Assembly: GCA_041746615.1 (NCBI GenBank) | Contig: JBGTGS010000271.1 | Coordinates: 1 to 63,364, forward strand | Origin: Opitutaceae bacterium | Lineage (GTDB): Bacteria > Verrucomicrobiota > Verrucomicrobiia > Opitutales > Opitutaceae | DNA: 63,364 nt | Direction: 5' to 3' | In this document: positions 29,276 to 40,509 of the stretch, piece after piece | How positions within the stretch are numbered: position 1 is the first letter of the stretch | How the letters are laid out: each line of letters begins with the position of its first letter | The notes under the pieces: generated by a model | Databases searched by the model: none | What the model saw: only the letters and a program-made list of their open reading frames with translations | Told to the model about the DNA's origin: nothing | Made by a program: the position numbers and the translations under genes

Positions 29276-29638
29276 TTAGAATTGAAGACCGCCCTCGCGC
29301 GCGGAGTCGGCGAAGGCTTTGACTTTACCGTGATAGCGGGCGCCATTCCGGTCAAAGACGACCGGGCCGAGGCCGGCAGCCTTGGCCTTGGCGGCAAAGG
29401 CGACCCCAAGCTCCTTGGCACCGGCAAGGTTGGCGGCAAGCTTCTGCTTGCGGAGGCCGGCATCGAGGCTTGAAAGAAAAACCAGGGTCGTGCCGGTCTC
29501 GTCGTTGATGGCCTGCGCGTAGATATGCTTGGTCGTAAACTTGACGGACACGCGAGGGCGGGCGGCAGTGCCGGTGACCTTCTTGCGAATGCGCCATTTG
29601 CGCTTCTGGAGAAGCTTGGCTTTGTGAATGGTATTCAT
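29276..29638 (-). CDS. rplR: 50S ribosomal protein L18
   Basis: 120 aa; ...[18 protein letters not shown]...[26 protein letters not shown]. Confidence 0.96.
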   Translation of the reverse strand: MNTIHKAKLLQKRKWRIRKKVTGTAARPRVSVKFTTKHIYAQAINDETGTTLVFLSSLDAGLRKQKLAANLAGAKELGVAFAAKAKAAGLGPVVFDRNGARYHGKVKAFADSAREGGLQF

Positions 29639-29673
29639 GGCTGATGGGCCCTGGGTAAGGTTGTAATGTTGGG

Positions 29674-30213
29674 TTAGGCGACGGTCTTGCCTTCCTTGCG
29701 GCGGACGCGCTCACCCACGATACGCACACCCTTGCCCTTATAAGGCTCGGGCGGATAGTAGGAGCGGATTTCGGCGGTGACCTGCCCGACAAGCTGCTTG
29801 TCCGCACCCTCGATCCGGACCTTGGTCTGGTCGGTCACGGTGACTTTGATGCCTTCGGGAATGTCGTGGAGGATCTGATGCGAATAGCCGAGGGCCAGAT
29901 CGAGCTGTTTGCCCTTGAGATTGGCCTTGAAGCCAACGCCCTGGATTTCGAGCTCCTTGACGTAGCCTTCGGACACCCCCTTGACCATGCCGGCTATGAC
30001 CGAACGCACGGTGCCATACATGGCACGGGCGAAGCGACTGGTGTCCCCGGTGGGCGCAACCGTGACTTCCTTATCAGCCATGGAAATGTTGACGACGGGG
30101 GCAAAGGTTTTGGAGATTTTGCCCTTGGGGCCTTCGACGCTCACGGTGCTGCCCTTGATGTCGACCTTGACCTTGTCGGGAATGCTGACGGGTTGTTTAC
30201 CAATTCGGCTCAT
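29674..30213 (-). CDS. rplF: 50S ribosomal protein L6
   Basis: MSRIGKQPVSIPDKVKV... starting at Met 30213. Confidence 0.96.
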   Translation of the reverse strand: MSRIGKQPVSIPDKVKVDIKGSTVSVEGPKGKISKTFAPVVNISMADKEVTVAPTGDTSRFARAMYGTVRSVIAGMVKGVSEGYVKELEIQGVGFKANLKGKQLDLALGYSHQILHDIPEGIKVTVTDQTKVRIEGADKQLVGQVTAEIRSYYPPEPYKGKGVRIVGERVRRKEGKTVA

Positions 30214-30226
30214 GGTGGTGATCTCC

Positions 30227-30619
30227 TTACCAAATGTTGCAGAGCAGTTCGCCACCGGCCTTGTTGCGGCGGCAGTCCTGATCCTTCATCAACCCCTTAG
30301 AGGTGGAGACGACGCTGATACCCAGGCCGTTGAGGACGCGGGGAATCTCGGTGTAGCGATAATAAAGACGGCGACCCGGGGTGGATACACGGGTCAGCCC
30401 GGTGATGGCAGGGGCGCCATCAACATACTTCATGGCGACGACAAGCACCTTGTGCCCCTCGGGACTGGTGTCGTTGCGGTGGTCGGCCACATAGCCCTCG
30501 GCTTTGAGGATTGCCGCGAGGCTCTCCTTTAGGCGGGAATGCGGTATCGCACACTCGTCGAGACGGGCCTTGCTCGCATTGCGAAGGCGCGTGAGGAAGT
30601 CTGAAATCGGATCGGTCAT
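30227..30619 (-). CDS. rpsH: 30S ribosomal protein S8
   Basis: MTDPISDFLTRLRNA...; 130 aa. Confidence 0.96.
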   Translation of the reverse strand: MTDPISDFLTRLRNASKARLDECAIPHSRLKESLAAILKAEGYVADHRNDTSPEGHKVLVVAMKYVDGAPAITGLTRVSTPGRRLYYRYTEIPRVLNGLGISVVSTSKGLMKDQDCRRNKAGGELLCNIW

Positions 30620-30699
30620 GGATGGATGCTGTTGGATCGGGAGGCCGGGTGGATCATATCCAAGCGCCGGTGGCGCTTACTTCCGCCCGGAAAAGTGGG

Positions 30700-31005
30700 T
30701 TACCAGGAGGATTTTATGACTCCGGGGATTTTGCCTGAGAGGGCGAGTTCGCGGAACTGGATGCGGGAGACGCCGAACTTGCCGATGAAGGCGCGCGGAC
30801 GGCCGCTCATCGAGCAACGGTTCCGGATGCGCACCTTGGATGAATTGCGGGGGAGCTTCTGGAGCTGCTTTTGGGCGGCGTAGAAGTCCTCATCGGTGGT
30901 TTCGGGATTGATGAGGGCAGCCTTCAGTTCGGCGCGCTTGGCGGCGTACTTGGCGGTGAGGTGCTTGCGCTTCTCGTTACGGTTGATGGCGGAGGTCTTC
31001 GGCAT
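30700..31005 (-). CDS. rpsN: 30S ribosomal protein S14 (long, non-zinc form)
   Basis: ORF 30700..31458 is over-extended into rplE. The Met at 31005 gives [16 protein letters not shown]...IPGVIKSSW (101 aa, with only one Cys). Confidence 0.94.
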   Translation of the reverse strand: MPKTSAINRNEKRKHLTAKYAAKRAELKAALINPETTDEDFYAAQKQLQKLPRNSSKVRIRNRCSMSGRPRAFIGKFGVSRIQFRELALSGKIPGVIKSSW

Positions 31006-31018
31006 GGCGGGAAAGGGT

Positions 31019-31594
31019 TCAGGCGGCCTGGGTTTTCGCACCCTCGGTGCGGCGGAAGGGCATGCCAAGCAGCTTGAGCAGCTCGCGGCCCTCGTCATCG
31101 TCCACGGCGGAGGTGACGATGGTGACGTCGAGCCCCATGCTCTTCTTGACGTTTTCCACGGTGATTTCCGGGAAGATGGTGAAATCAGTAATCCCCAGAT
31201 TGTAGTTCCCCTGCCCGTCCAGACGGGTCGATACCCCGCGGAAGTCCCGAATGGTGGGGAGGGCAACCGCCAGCAGGCGGTATAGAAACTCCCACATGGT
31301 GTCGCCCCGGAGGGTGACGTGCGCACCGACGACCTGTCCTTGGCGGAGCTTGAAGTTGGATATGGCCTTCTTGGACTTCGCAAGCACGGGCTTCTGGCCG
31401 GCGATGGTCGCGAGGTCGCGGGCGATGTCGGCGATCTGATTCTTGTCGGCCTCGGCATCGATGCCGGTGTTCAGCGAGATTTTGGCGATCCTCGGCACCT
31501 CGAGGGCGTTCTTGTAGCCACGGCGCTTGATAAGCTCGGGCACGACCTGCTCGAGATAGGTCTTTTTGAGAGTGGGAGTGTATTTGCTGCTCAT
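31019..31594 (-). CDS. rplE: 50S ribosomal protein L5
   Basis: 191 aa; ...[12 protein letters not shown]...RDFRGV.... Confidence 0.96.
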   Translation of the reverse strand: MSSKYTPTLKKTYLEQVVPELIKRRGYKNALEVPRIAKISLNTGIDAEADKNQIADIARDLATIAGQKPVLAKSKKAISNFKLRQGQVVGAHVTLRGDTMWEFLYRLLAVALPTIRDFRGVSTRLDGQGNYNLGITDFTIFPEITVENVKKSMGLDVTIVTSAVDDDEGRELLKLLGMPFRRTEGAKTQAA

Positions 31595-31711
31595 GATGGG
31601 ATGCCCCGGATTACCGACCCGGAGACGGGAGCTGAATGTTGAAAGTGAAAAGAGGACAAGTAACGCAGGCGGCGGGCGGGCTTGGCAAGCGGTTACTTGA
31701 AAAGCAGTGCA

Positions 31712-31987
31712 TCAGGCCTTGGCGGGCACCTCGACATCGCGCTTCTTGGAGGCGTCATACCGGGACTTGAGCATCAGGTTGGAGATGTGGACGGATCCTT
31801 CGCGCTCCACGATGGCACCATTGGGATTCTCCTGGGATTTCTTGACGTGACGCTTCATCATGGCGACGCCTTCGATGCGCGCACGTTGTTTGGCAGGGAG
31901 GATCTCAAGGATCTTGCCTGACTTGCCCTTGTGGGCGCCGGAGATAACGACGATTTCGTCACCGCGTTTGATGTGAAACTTCTGCAT
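31712..31987 (-). CDS. rplX: 50S ribosomal protein L24
   Basis: MQKFHIKRGDEIVVISGAHKGKSGKI... (KOW motif). Confidence 0.95.
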   Translation of the reverse strand: MQKFHIKRGDEIVVISGAHKGKSGKILEILPAKQRARIEGVAMMKRHVKKSQENPNGAIVEREGSVHISNLMLKSRYDASKKRDVEVPAKA

Positions 31988-31988
31988 G

Positions 31989-32354
31989 TTAGAGTACCTC
32001 CGGAGCGAGCGAGATGATCTTCATATAGTTCTTCGCACGCAGTTCGCGGGCGACCGGGCCAAAGATGCGGGTGCCCTTGGGATTGCCATCCGTTCCGAGG
32101 ATAACGATGGCATTGCTGTCAAAGCGCAGGTAGCTGCCGTCGGCACGCCGGACGGCGGCCTTGGTACGGACCACGACGGCTTTGGTGACTTCGCCTTTCT
32201 TGACGGTCGCGTCAGTGGAACTGTCCTTGATATGGACGGTGATGATGTCGCCCACACCTGCGGAATCGGTGTTCTGGCCTTTGCGGCGGATCATGGATGC
32301 CTTGCGGGCACCCGTGTTGTCGGCGACATCGAGAATGGATCGGAGTTGGATCAT
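31989..32354 (-). CDS. rplN: 50S ribosomal protein L14
   Basis: [18 protein letters not shown]...; 121 aa. Confidence 0.97.
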   Translation of the reverse strand: MIQLRSILDVADNTGARKASMIRRKGQNTDSAGVGDIITVHIKDSSTDATVKKGEVTKAVVVRTKAAVRRADGSYLRFDSNAIVILGTDGNPKGTRIFGPVARELRAKNYMKIISLAPEVL

Positions 32355-32386
32355 GGCGGGCCTGGGTTAGGGATGCGGTTGTCGAT

Positions 32387-32719
32387 TCAGGCCTTGGCGG
32401 TCTTGGTGGGAACCTTGTCAGCGACGTCGTTTTCGGTGATGGCCTCGCCATGAGCGGAAACCGCCCGTTCGACCACGGTCACCACCCGCCAGCGCTTCAG
32501 GCGACTGATGGGACGGGTCTCCATGATCTCGACCTTGTCGCCAGAACGGGCTTCGTTCTTTTCGTCATGCACATGCACGACTGTCTGGCGGTTGATGACC
32601 TTCTTGTAGCGCGGATGCGGGACCTTGAAGGGAATGGTAACCTTGATGGACTTGTCACCAGAGCGGCTGGTGACGAAGCCCAGAAGGGTTTTGCGCGTAT
32701 TACGGGTCTCAGTGGACAT
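32387..32719 (-). CDS. rpsQ: 30S ribosomal protein S17
   Basis: ...RKTLLGFVTSRSGDKSIKVTI...VHDEKNEARSGDKVEIMETRPISRLKRW.... Confidence 0.95.
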   Translation of the reverse strand: MSTETRNTRKTLLGFVTSRSGDKSIKVTIPFKVPHPRYKKVINRQTVVHVHDEKNEARSGDKVEIMETRPISRLKRWRVVTVVERAVSAHGEAITENDVADKVPTKTAKA

Positions 32720-32802
32720 GGCGTCGGATGAATTTCGGATTTCGGAGTGCAGAATGCGAAGGAGGGATGGTTGCGATCCGCTCCTGGGTTTCGCGGTCTG
32801 GC

Positions 32803-32997
32803 TTAGGCGGCGGTCTGCTTCTGGCGGATGATGGTTTCGAGACGGGCAACGTCCTTGCGGAGGGTGCGGAGTTCGTGGGTCTTCTCGACCTGGCCGGTCT
32901 GCTTGCGCAGGCGCAGCTGGACCAGCTCCTCACGGGTGGAGCGAAGCTTGGTGGCCAGCTCGGCGGGGGAAAGTTCACGGATGTCTTTGGTCTTCAT
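32803..32997 (-). CDS. rpmC: 50S ribosomal protein L29
   Basis: The Met at 32997 gives [25 protein letters not shown]... (64 aa). The track ORF is extended upstream to 33057. Confidence 0.93.
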   Translation of the reverse strand: MKTKDIRELSPAELATKLRSTREELVQLRLRKQTGQVEKTHELRTLRKDVARLETIIRQKQTAA

Positions 32998-33020
32998 AGT
33001 CGGCGGCGGTCGGGTGGATG

Positions 33021-33443
33021 TCAGACAATCGTGCCTTCGCGCATGATGAAGCGGCAACGAAAGGGCAGCTTGGCATCGGCGAGACAGAAGGCCTCCTTGG
33101 CGATGGTTGCAGGAACGCCGGCAAGTTCAAAAATCACGGCTCCCGGTTTGATCTGGGCAACGTAGTATTCGACCGGGCCCTTGCCGGAACCCATGCGAAC
33201 CTCGGCGGGCTTCTTGGTGATCGGCTTGTGCGGGAACACGCGGATCCAAAGTTTGCCCTTGCGCTTGAGGTGGCGCGAGATGGTTACGCGAGCGGCCTCG
33301 ATCTGCCGGCCGGTCATGGGGCCACGGGAGAGGGATTGCAGGCCGAACTCGCCGAATGCGAGTGTGTTGCCGCGCTTGGCGTTCCCTTTGCGGGAACCCT
33401 TCTGCCATTTGCGGTATTTGGTACGGGCGGGAGCGAGAGCCAT
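33021..33443 (-). CDS. rplP: 50S ribosomal protein L16
   Basis: ...[14 protein letters not shown]...; 140 aa. Confidence 0.96.
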   Translation of the reverse strand: MALAPARTKYRKWQKGSRKGNAKRGNTLAFGEFGLQSLSRGPMTGRQIEAARVTISRHLKRKGKLWIRVFPHKPITKKPAEVRMGSGKGPVEYYVAQIKPGAVIFELAGVPATIAKEAFCLADAKLPFRCRFIMREGTIV

Positions 33444-33508
33444 GGGACGAGCAGTTTGAGAATTGTGATTGCAGATCTGAGATCACGCGCCGTTGGGGGC
33501 GCGAGAGA

Positions 33509-34141
33509 TCAGTTGTTGTCGGCTTCCTTTTTGCAAATCCAGCACTTCACGCCGATCTTGCCATAAAGCGTGCGGGCCTCGGAAAAACCGTAGTCGATGT
33601 TTTCACGCAGAGTATGCAACGGCACCCTGCCCTTGCGCTGCCAGTCCCGGCGGGCGATGTCGGCACCGCCCAGACGGCCGGAGCACTGGATACGGATACC
33701 CTCGGCCCCGAGGGCCATGGCCATCTCAACGGCCTTCTTCATGGCCCGACGGAAAGCGATGCGTCGCTCCAGCTGCAGGGCCACATTCTCGGCGACGAGC
33801 TGGGCTTCAATCTCCGGCTTCTTCACCTCCTGGATGTCGAGCAGGATGTCCTTGCCGGTGAGCTTGGAGAGTTCCTCCTTGATCTTGTCGATCTCCTGGC
33901 CTTTGCGGCCAATGACAATGCCGGGACGGGCGGTGTAGATCTTGACGCGCACGCGGTTGCTGGCGCGCTCAATGAAAATGCGCGGAACGGAAGCCTGCCT
34001 GAGCTTCTCCATGAGTTTCTCGCGGATCACCTGATCCTCGAGGAGGAGCTTGGCGAAATCCTTCTTGCCCGCGTACCAGCGGGACTGCCAGTTGCGGCGG
34101 ACGGCGAGACGGAAGCCGGTGGGATTGGTCTTTTGGCCCAT
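33509..34141 (-). CDS. rpsC: 30S ribosomal protein S3
   Basis: [24 protein letters not shown]...; 210 aa. Confidence 0.97.
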   Translation of the reverse strand: MGQKTNPTGFRLAVRRNWQSRWYAGKKDFAKLLLEDQVIREKLMEKLRQASVPRIFIERASNRVRVKIYTARPGIVIGRKGQEIDKIKEELSKLTGKDILLDIQEVKKPEIEAQLVAENVALQLERRIAFRRAMKKAVEMAMALGAEGIRIQCSGRLGGADIARRDWQRKGRVPLHTLRENIDYGFSEARTLYGKIGVKCWICKKEADNN

Positions 34142-34149
34142 GGTGGTGA

Positions 34150-34491
34150 TCAGTTGGAATTGCCGTCGGAGAGGACGATGCGGATGTGCGACATTTTGCG
34201 GCGGCGGGGCATGGCGGTGCCACGGGCACCCGCCTTGAATCGCTTGAGGACGGGACCCATCTCAACGATGGCGGACTTCACCACGAGATCGTCGGCGGAA
34301 AGGTTGCCGTTGTTCTCGGCATTCGCGATCGCGGACTTGAGTGTCTTGGCGATGAGCTGGGCCGACTTCCTCGGGATGATACTGAGAAGATCGACGGCGG
34401 CGGGGGCCTTGCGGCCCTGGATGGTACGGGCCACCTCGCGCACCTTCTTGGGTGACATGCGCGCGTTGCGGGTGAGAGCTTGGACTTCCAT
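34150..34491 (-). CDS. rplV: 50S ribosomal protein L22
   Basis: [26 protein letters not shown]... Confidence 0.96.
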   Translation of the reverse strand: MEVQALTRNARMSPKKVREVARTIQGRKAPAAVDLLSIIPRKSAQLIAKTLKSAIANAENNGNLSADDLVVKSAIVEMGPVLKRFKAGARGTAMPRRRKMSHIRIVLSDGNSN

Positions 34492-34583
34492 GATGAGTAA
34501 GGGATTCCTGCGGGAGGCGACAGCAGTGGGGTGTGGAGCACTCCACCCTGCCCTTTCGGGTTCCGGGTTGCTTGGTTAAAGGA

Positions 34584-34862
34584 TCAGATTTCCTTGCGAG
34601 TCATGCCGCCATGCGCCTTGAAGACGCGGGTCGGGGCGAACTCGCCGAGTTTGTGGCCGACCATGTTCTCGGTGACGTAGACAGCCACGAAGGCCTTGCC
34701 GTTGTGAACATTGAAGGTGTGACCGATGAAATCGGGCGTGATGGTCGAGCGGCGCGACCAGGTTTGGATGGGCTTTTTGCTGCCGCCGGCTTTGACCGCC
34801 TTTTCGATTTTCTCGATGAGGTGGTAGTCGACGAAGAAGCCTTTTTTGATGGAACGAGCCAT
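34584..34862 (-). CDS. rpsS: 30S ribosomal protein S19
   Basis: [15 protein letters not shown]...HNGK.F... Confidence 0.97.
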   Translation of the reverse strand: MARSIKKGFFVDYHLIEKIEKAVKAGGSKKPIQTWSRRSTITPDFIGHTFNVHNGKAFVAVYVTENMVGHKLGEFAPTRVFKAHGGMTRKEI

Positions 34863-34880
34863 GGTAAGGTGTCGTTGGGA

Positions 34881-35750
34881 TTACTTCTTGCCGCGCGGCG
34901 GACGGCCGTTGTGGCGGGTGAGGATGAGACTGCTCGAGGGTTTGGAGCGGCGACGGGTCGGGAACCCCTTCGCCAGCTGACCCCACGGAGATACGAGATG
35001 TTGACGGCCACCGCCGCCCTTGGACTTGCCCTGACCGCCACCGTTGGGGTGGTCGACGGGATTCATGGCCACGCCGCGCGAACGCGGACGACGCCCGAGC
35101 CAGCGGTTGCGGCCGGCCTTGCCCAGTGACTGCTTGCCGTGTTCACCGTTGCCGACTTCACCAATGGTTGCGCGGCACTTGGCGTTGACCATGCGAATTT
35201 CACCCGAGGGCAACTTGAGCTGGGCGGCACCGTCATCGATGTTGACCAGTTCGATCGAGGTGCCGGCCGTGCGGCCGAGCTGGGCGCCGCGGCCCGGGAT
35301 CAACTCAACGCAATGCAGTTTGGTGGAGGGCGGGATGAGCTCGAGGGGGAAGTTGTTGCCCACCAGGAAGTCATTGGTGGTGGCTGCGTTGGAGGTGACG
35401 ATGGTGTCGCCCTCAACCTGGCCGGCCGCCGCGATGATGTAGCGCTTTTCGCCGTCAGCATACTGGACGAGGGCGATGTTGGCCGAGCGGTTCGGATCGT
35501 ACTCGATCGCAATGACCTTGGCCGGCTGGTCGAGCTTGTCGGCCCGACGGAAGTCAATGATGCGATAAAGCTGCTTGTGACCGCCGCCCCGGCGACGGGA
35601 GGTGATGCGCCCGTAAACGTTGCGACCGCCGGTCTTGGGTTTGGGCTCGGTCAGTGCACGCTCGGGGCGCTTCTTGGCGAGCTTGGGGGTGCGGTTCAGC
35701 TGCGTGAAGCGCTGGGACGGCGTAAGGGGACGGAAGAGTTTAAGTGCCAT
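34881..35750 (-). CDS. rplB: 50S ribosomal protein L2
   Basis: 289 aa; ...GGRNVYGRITSRRRGGGHKQLYR...HPNGGGQGKS.... Confidence 0.97.
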   Translation of the reverse strand: MALKLFRPLTPSQRFTQLNRTPKLAKKRPERALTEPKPKTGGRNVYGRITSRRRGGGHKQLYRIIDFRRADKLDQPAKVIAIEYDPNRSANIALVQYADGEKRYIIAAAGQVEGDTIVTSNAATTNDFLVGNNFPLELIPPSTKLHCVELIPGRGAQLGRTAGTSIELVNIDDGAAQLKLPSGEIRMVNAKCRATIGEVGNGEHGKQSLGKAGRNRWLGRRPRSRGVAMNPVDHPNGGGQGKSKGGGGRQHLVSPWGQLAKGFPTRRRSKPSSSLILTRHNGRPPRGKK

Positions 35751-35783
35751 GGTGTGTTTCTCCTGGTTTGATCAGCACGTGGT

Positions 35784-36065
35784 TTAGACGAGCTCGATCT
35801 TGTCGCCGGCCTTGAGCGTAACGATGGCCTTCTTGAAGTCGGAAGCCTTGCTCGGGCGACCCGTGCGGCTCTTCTTGTTCTTGCCGCGGATGTGATGGAC
35901 GTTCACCCGCTTGACGGTGACGTTGAAGGTCTGCTCGACGGCCTGGGCGATGGCACCCTTGCTCGCGGTCGGGAAGACCTCGAAGGTGTACTGGCCATAA
36001 TCAGCCGAAAGCTTGTTGGCCTTCTCAGTGAAACGAACGAGTTTGAGGACTTTGTCAGCGTGCAT
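35784..36065 (-). CDS. rplW: 50S ribosomal protein L23
   Basis: 93 aa; ...VRFTEKANKL...FEVFPTASKGAI... The start overlaps the rplD stop (TGATG). Confidence 0.94.
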   Translation of the reverse strand: MHADKVLKLVRFTEKANKLSADYGQYTFEVFPTASKGAIAQAVEQTFNVTVKRVNVHHIRGKNKKSRTGRPSKASDFKKAIVTLKAGDKIELV

Positions 36066-36700
36066 CAGTTCTTCCCTCCATTGACGCGGGCGATGATCTG
36101 CTCAAGGGCGCGGGTGCTCACCACAATCTTGCGGTATTGGGCCAGATCAAGGGTGTTGAGTTTGGCGGCCTCCTGCAGGGAAACCCGCTCGATATTGCGG
36201 GCGGCGCGAGTGGCCTCAGCCGTGAAGGGAGCGTCCACGAGGAGCACTTTCCCCTTCGGGGCGATGAGGGTGACGACCTGGTCGACGAGCTTCGTCTTGG
36301 GCGTCTTGACCTCGAAGGCCTCGATGACGGCGATCTCGCCGGCGGAGGCGCGATCGAACAGCGCACGGCTGAAGGCGAGGGCCTTCACCTTGGCGTTGAT
36401 CTTCTTGGAGTAATCGCGCGGCTTGGGCCCGAAGACCACGCCACCGCCGACCCAGATGGGCGAGCGGGTGGAGCCGGCACGGGCGCGGCCGGTACCCTTC
36501 TGGCGCCAGGGCTTCTTGCCACCACCGCGAACTTCCCCGCGGGTCTTGGTGGAATGGGTGCCTAGGCGGTTGTTGGCATTGATCGCAACGATCACTTCCT
36601 TGACAGCCTGAAGACCCTTGTCGCCTTCGAAGGTGGGCAGACCGGAGAATTCCTTCTCGCTGCTGGTCTTGCCGTCGGAGCTAAAAACGGTGAGTTTCAT
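36065..36700 (-). CDS. rplD: 50S ribosomal protein L4
   Basis: ...[27 protein letters not shown]...; 211 aa. Confidence 0.96.
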   Translation of the reverse strand: MKLTVFSSDGKTSSEKEFSGLPTFEGDKGLQAVKEVIVAINANNRLGTHSTKTRGEVRGGGKKPWRQKGTGRARAGSTRSPIWVGGGVVFGPKPRDYSKKINAKVKALAFSRALFDRASAGEIAVIEAFEVKTPKTKLVDQVVTLIAPKGKVLLVDAPFTAEATRAARNIERVSLQEAAKLNTLDLAQYRKIVVSTRALEQIIARVNGGKN

Positions 36701-36718
36701 ATCTGCGGTTCCTCTTGG

Positions 36719-37366
36719 TTAGGCGGATTTCGGCTGACCCTTGCGCGCAGTGCGGACGATGACGTTGTCACCATTGGCACCCGGGATCGCGCCTTTCACG
36801 AGGAGAAGGTTCTTGTCAGCAATGACCTTGACGATGCGAAGGTTTTGCGTGGTCCGACGTTCCTGGCCCATGTGACCGGGCATCGCCTGGTTCTTCCAGA
36901 CACGTCCGGGGGTCTGGCGCATGCCGACCGATCCAATGCGACGATGGAACATCGAGCCATGGGAGGCCGGACCACCGGCGACGCGAAAGCGGCGCACGAC
37001 GCCCTGGAATCCCTTGCCCTTGCTCACGCCGATGACATCCACGAACTGACCTTCCTTGAAGGTCTCAACCGTGAGGATATCTCCGGGTTTGGCCTCGGCC
37101 TTTTCGACGAGGCGAACCTCATTGAGAATCCGCGGGGCATCCTCAAGGCCGGCCTTCTTGGCATGGTTCATCTCAGCCTTGGAGGCATTTTTTGCCTTTT
37201 GGCGAGAGAAGCCAATCTGGACGGCATGGTAGCCATCGGTTTCGATAGTCTTGACCTGGACCACGGCGCAGGGTCCGGCTTCAACCACGGTGACCGGGAC
37301 CAGGACGTTTTGAGCGTCGTAGACCTGGGTCATGCCGATTTTTTTACCTATAAGTGTACTGATCAT
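36719..37366 (-). CDS. rplC: 50S ribosomal protein L3
   Basis: MISTLIGKKIGMTQVYD...; 215 aa. Confidence 0.96.
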   Translation of the reverse strand: MISTLIGKKIGMTQVYDAQNVLVPVTVVEAGPCAVVQVKTIETDGYHAVQIGFSRQKAKNASKAEMNHAKKAGLEDAPRILNEVRLVEKAEAKPGDILTVETFKEGQFVDVIGVSKGKGFQGVVRRFRVAGGPASHGSMFHRRIGSVGMRQTPGRVWKNQAMPGHMGQERRTTQNLRIVKVIADKNLLLVKGAIPGANGDNVIVRTARKGQPKSA

Positions 37367-37487
37367 GGGCTAAGCGGTAGGTGGAGGTTTCCGTTTCGTG
37401 GGACCTACATTAGGGATTCCGGAGGTGAGGCCCGCCGGAGGAGCCGCTAAACTGTTGGTGAAACTTGTGGCTGTCTTTGCGTGAAGC

Positions 37488-37796
37488 TCAGACGTTGATG
37501 GTGATGTCCACGCCCGACGGGAGGTTGAGCTTCTTGAGCTCATCCACGGTCTGGGCGGTGGGTTCGATGATATCGATGAGGCGCTTGTGGGTGCGCGTCT
37601 CGAACTGCTCCATGGACTTCTTGTCCACGTGCGGCGAACGGTTGACGGAGAGTTTCTCGATGCGGGTGGGCAGCGGAATAGGACCGGAGACGCGCGCACC
37701 GGAGCGCTTGGCGGTCTCTACGATCTCGAGGGCGGACTGATCGATGACTCGATAGTCGAAACCCTGAAGCTTGATGCGAATGCGTTGGCCTTTCAT
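37488..37796 (-). CDS. rpsJ: 30S ribosomal protein S10
   Basis: The Met at 37796 gives [21 protein letters not shown]... (102 aa). The track ORF is extended into the fusA 3' end. Confidence 0.96.
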   Translation of the reverse strand: MKGQRIRIKLQGFDYRVIDQSALEIVETAKRSGARVSGPIPLPTRIEKLSVNRSPHVDKKSMEQFETRTHKRLIDIIEPTAQTVDELKKLNLPSGVDITINV

Positions 37797-37815
37797 GAGG
37801 GAAAAAGAACAGAGG

Positions 37816-40002
37816 TTAGGTGCGGGCGGGGGCTTTCGAGGAGCTCTCGACAATCTTCGCGAGCTGGGAGTGTGGCACCTGCTCGAAATGGGAAGGCGTG
37901 ATTGACGCACTGGCACGACCCTTGGAAAGGGAGCGGATGTCGGTTACGTACCCAAAAAGCGTTTCCAGGGGAACATGGGCCGTGACAATGCACGCACCGT
38001 TCTTGTTTTCCATGCCTTGGATGGCACCCCGGCGACGGTTGATGTCACCCATGAGGTCCCCTTGGAATTCCTCAGGAGTGGTGACCTCGACGCCCATGAT
38101 CGGTTCGAGCAGGATGGGTTGTGCTGCCTTCATCGCTTCCTTAAAGGCGAAGATTCCCGCCATCTTGAATGCGATTTCAGAGGAATCCACCGGATGAAAG
38201 GAACCGTCCACGATGCTGACCTTGACGTCGACCACCGGGTAGCCGGCGACAACACCATTGTTACAGCCTTCCAGAATACCTTCGGTGGAGGGTTTGATGA
38301 ATTCCTTGGGAATGACACCGCCGACGATCTCATTGATGACCTCGACCCCCTTGCCCTTTTCGTTGGGCTCAATTTTGACCACGACGTGACCATACTGGCC
38401 CTTGCCACCGGTCTGACGGATGAATTTGCCCTCGCCGTCCGCGTGGCCTTTGATGGTTTCGCGATAGGCGATCTGCGGCTTGCCCGAAGTGGCCTCGACT
38501 TTGAATTCACGCTTCATGCGGTCGATGATGATCTCCAGATGAAGTTCACCCATACCGGCAAGGATGGTCTGCCCCGTGTCCGGATCAGTCTTCACCTTCA
38601 GGGTGGGATCCTCGGCCACCAGACGCTGGAGGGCGGTTCCAAGTTTTTCCTGATCCGCCTTCGAATTGGGTTCGATCGACATCGCAATGACCGGTTCCGG
38701 GAAGGAGGGCGGCTCCAGGCGGATGTCGGCATTTTCGTCACTCAGGGTATCACCGGTGATGATATCCTTGACCCCGACCACCGCGCAAATGTCACCTGAA
38801 TAGGCCACATCGATTTCTTCCCGATCCATCGCGCGCATCAGCACGAGGCGGGAGACACGCTCGGTACGGCGGGTCCGGGGATTATAGACGGCAGTGCCCT
38901 TGTTCAGGGTGCCGGTATAAACGCGGTAGAACACCAACTTGCCCACAAAGGGATCGGTCCAGAGTTTAAAAACGAGTCCGGCGAGCTTGGCATTGTCGTC
39001 CGGCAAAATGCTGACTTCCTCACCGTCGCTGTTCTGGCCCTTCATGGCGGGCACATCGAGCGGGTTCGGGAGATAGTTGACTACGCAGTCGAGGAGGCGC
39101 TGGACTCCTTTCTTCTTGAACGCCGATCCCGGAACCACCCCGGTGAACTTCATGGAAATGGTGGCCTTGCGGATCGCGACCATCAGCTCCGCGGGTGTGA
39201 TCTTATCACCTGCAAGATACTTCTCGGCGAGGGAGTCATCAAAGTCCGAGGCCGCCTCAATGAGTTTGTCCCGGTATTCCTTGGCCTGCTCGACATAGGC
39301 GGCAGGTATCGGATGCAGGACCGGCTCCAGGTCGAGATTTGCCGGATCCTCGAAATTGTAGGCGATCTCCTGAACCAGATCGATGACGCCGGTGAAATCC
39401 TCCTCCTTGCCAATCGGCAGAAAAAGGGCGTGGGCATTGGCCTTGAGCTTTTCACGCATTTCACTGATGGCGCGGAAGAAATCGGCACCGGTGCGATCCA
39501 TCTTGTTGATGAAAGCGATGCGGGGAACCCCGTACTTGTTGGCTTGGCGCCAGACGGTCTCGGATTGGGGCTGCACCCCGGCCACGGCACAGAAGACGGC
39601 AATGGCACCATCCAGTACACGCAGGGAGCGCTCCACTTCAGCGGTGAAATCCACATGGCCGGGCGTATCAATAATATTGATGCGCTGCTTGATACCCTTC
39701 CATGGCCCACAGGAGGCATTCCATGCACAGGAGATGGCCGCGGCTGTGATGGTGATGCCACGCTCCCGCTCCTGCTCCATCCAGTCGGTTACCGCAGTGC
39801 CCTCATGCACTTCGCCCATTTTATGGACGGCACCGGAGTAAAAGAGAATGCGTTCGCTGGTCGTCGTCTTGCCCGCATCAATGTGCGCGGCTATGCCGAT
39901 GTTCCGGGTCCATTCCAGAGGAAACGGACGGGCCTTGGCGTTGACCGGTGAGATCTTCGCCTTGTCGGTGACAATGGAGAAAGTGGGAGTGGCAGTGGAC
40001 AT
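37816..40002 (-). CDS. fusA: translation elongation factor G
   Basis: 728 aa; ...[25 protein letters not shown]... About 20 extra N-terminal residues compared with typical EF-G. Confidence 0.97.
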   Translation of the reverse strand: MSTATPTFSIVTDKAKISPVNAKARPFPLEWTRNIGIAAHIDAGKTTTSERILFYSGAVHKMGEVHEGTAVTDWMEQERERGITITAAAISCAWNASCGPWKGIKQRINIIDTPGHVDFTAEVERSLRVLDGAIAVFCAVAGVQPQSETVWRQANKYGVPRIAFINKMDRTGADFFRAISEMREKLKANAHALFLPIGKEEDFTGVIDLVQEIAYNFEDPANLDLEPVLHPIPAAYVEQAKEYRDKLIEAASDFDDSLAEKYLAGDKITPAELMVAIRKATISMKFTGVVPGSAFKKKGVQRLLDCVVNYLPNPLDVPAMKGQNSDGEEVSILPDDNAKLAGLVFKLWTDPFVGKLVFYRVYTGTLNKGTAVYNPRTRRTERVSRLVLMRAMDREEIDVAYSGDICAVVGVKDIITGDTLSDENADIRLEPPSFPEPVIAMSIEPNSKADQEKLGTALQRLVAEDPTLKVKTDPDTGQTILAGMGELHLEIIIDRMKREFKVEATSGKPQIAYRETIKGHADGEGKFIRQTGGKGQYGHVVVKIEPNEKGKGVEVINEIVGGVIPKEFIKPSTEGILEGCNNGVVAGYPVVDVKVSIVDGSFHPVDSSEIAFKMAGIFAFKEAMKAAQPILLEPIMGVEVTTPEEFQGDLMGDINRRRGAIQGMENKNGACIVTAHVPLETLFGYVTDIRSLSKGRASASITPSHFEQVPHSQLAKIVESSSKAPART

Positions 40003-40008
40003 GGGACC

Positions 40009-40482
40009 TTACCAGCGGAGGTGGGCGAAAGCACGGTTGGCCTGGGCCATCTTGTGCGTATCTTCCTTCTTTTTGACGACGCTGCCGGTGTTGTTATAGG
40101 CGTCGATGATCTCGGTGGCGAGGGCGTCCTTCAGCGGAGTGCCCTTGCGGCTGGTGGCGGCGGTGACGATCCAGCGGAGAGCCAGGCTTTCCTGACGCTC
40201 GTAGGAAATCTCGACCGGCACCTGGTAGGTGGCACCACCGACTCGACGGCTCTTGACCTCGAGCCGGGGGCGGGCGTTTTCCAGCGCACCAATGAGCAGG
40301 TCGACAGGATCACCCTTCTCGAGCTTCTCGGACACCTTCTCGAAGGCGCCGTAAACAATGCGCTCGGCCAGGTTCTTCTTGCCGCTCTTCATGATGACGT
40401 TGACCAAATGGGCAACAAGCGGGCTGTTGTAGCGAACGTCAGGATTGACAACGCGTTTATCGGCTCTGTGGCGGCGTGACAT
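40009..40482 (-). CDS. rpsG: 30S ribosomal protein S7
   Basis: [20 protein letters not shown]...; 157 aa. Confidence 0.97.
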   Translation of the reverse strand: MSRRHRADKRVVNPDVRYNSPLVAHLVNVIMKSGKKNLAERIVYGAFEKVSEKLEKGDPVDLLIGALENARPRLEVKSRRVGGATYQVPVEISYERQESLALRWIVTAATSRKGTPLKDALATEIIDAYNNTGSVVKKKEDTHKMAQANRAFAHLRW

Positions 40483-40509
40483 GGTCGGAAATGGAAGGGG
40501 CTGCGGGGC

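Noticed and set aside
31006-31458. N-terminal 151 codons of ORF 30700..31458, with analogous over-extensions at 29272..29463 (rpsE), 55694..55849 (secE), 15166..15540 (gltA), 57056..57115 (tuf) and 12580..13092.
   Set aside because: The extensions overlap the upstream gene or a tRNA. The conserved protein N-termini begin at internal Met codons, so the starts were trimmed.
33356-34579. 407-aa plus-strand ORF across rplP, rpsC and rplV, with similar ones at 22849..23604, 23601..24257, 35139..35771, 36845..37450, 37975..38799 and 56090..57085.
   Set aside because: They are antisense to ribosomal-protein, rpoA, fusA or tuf genes and show no family resemblance.
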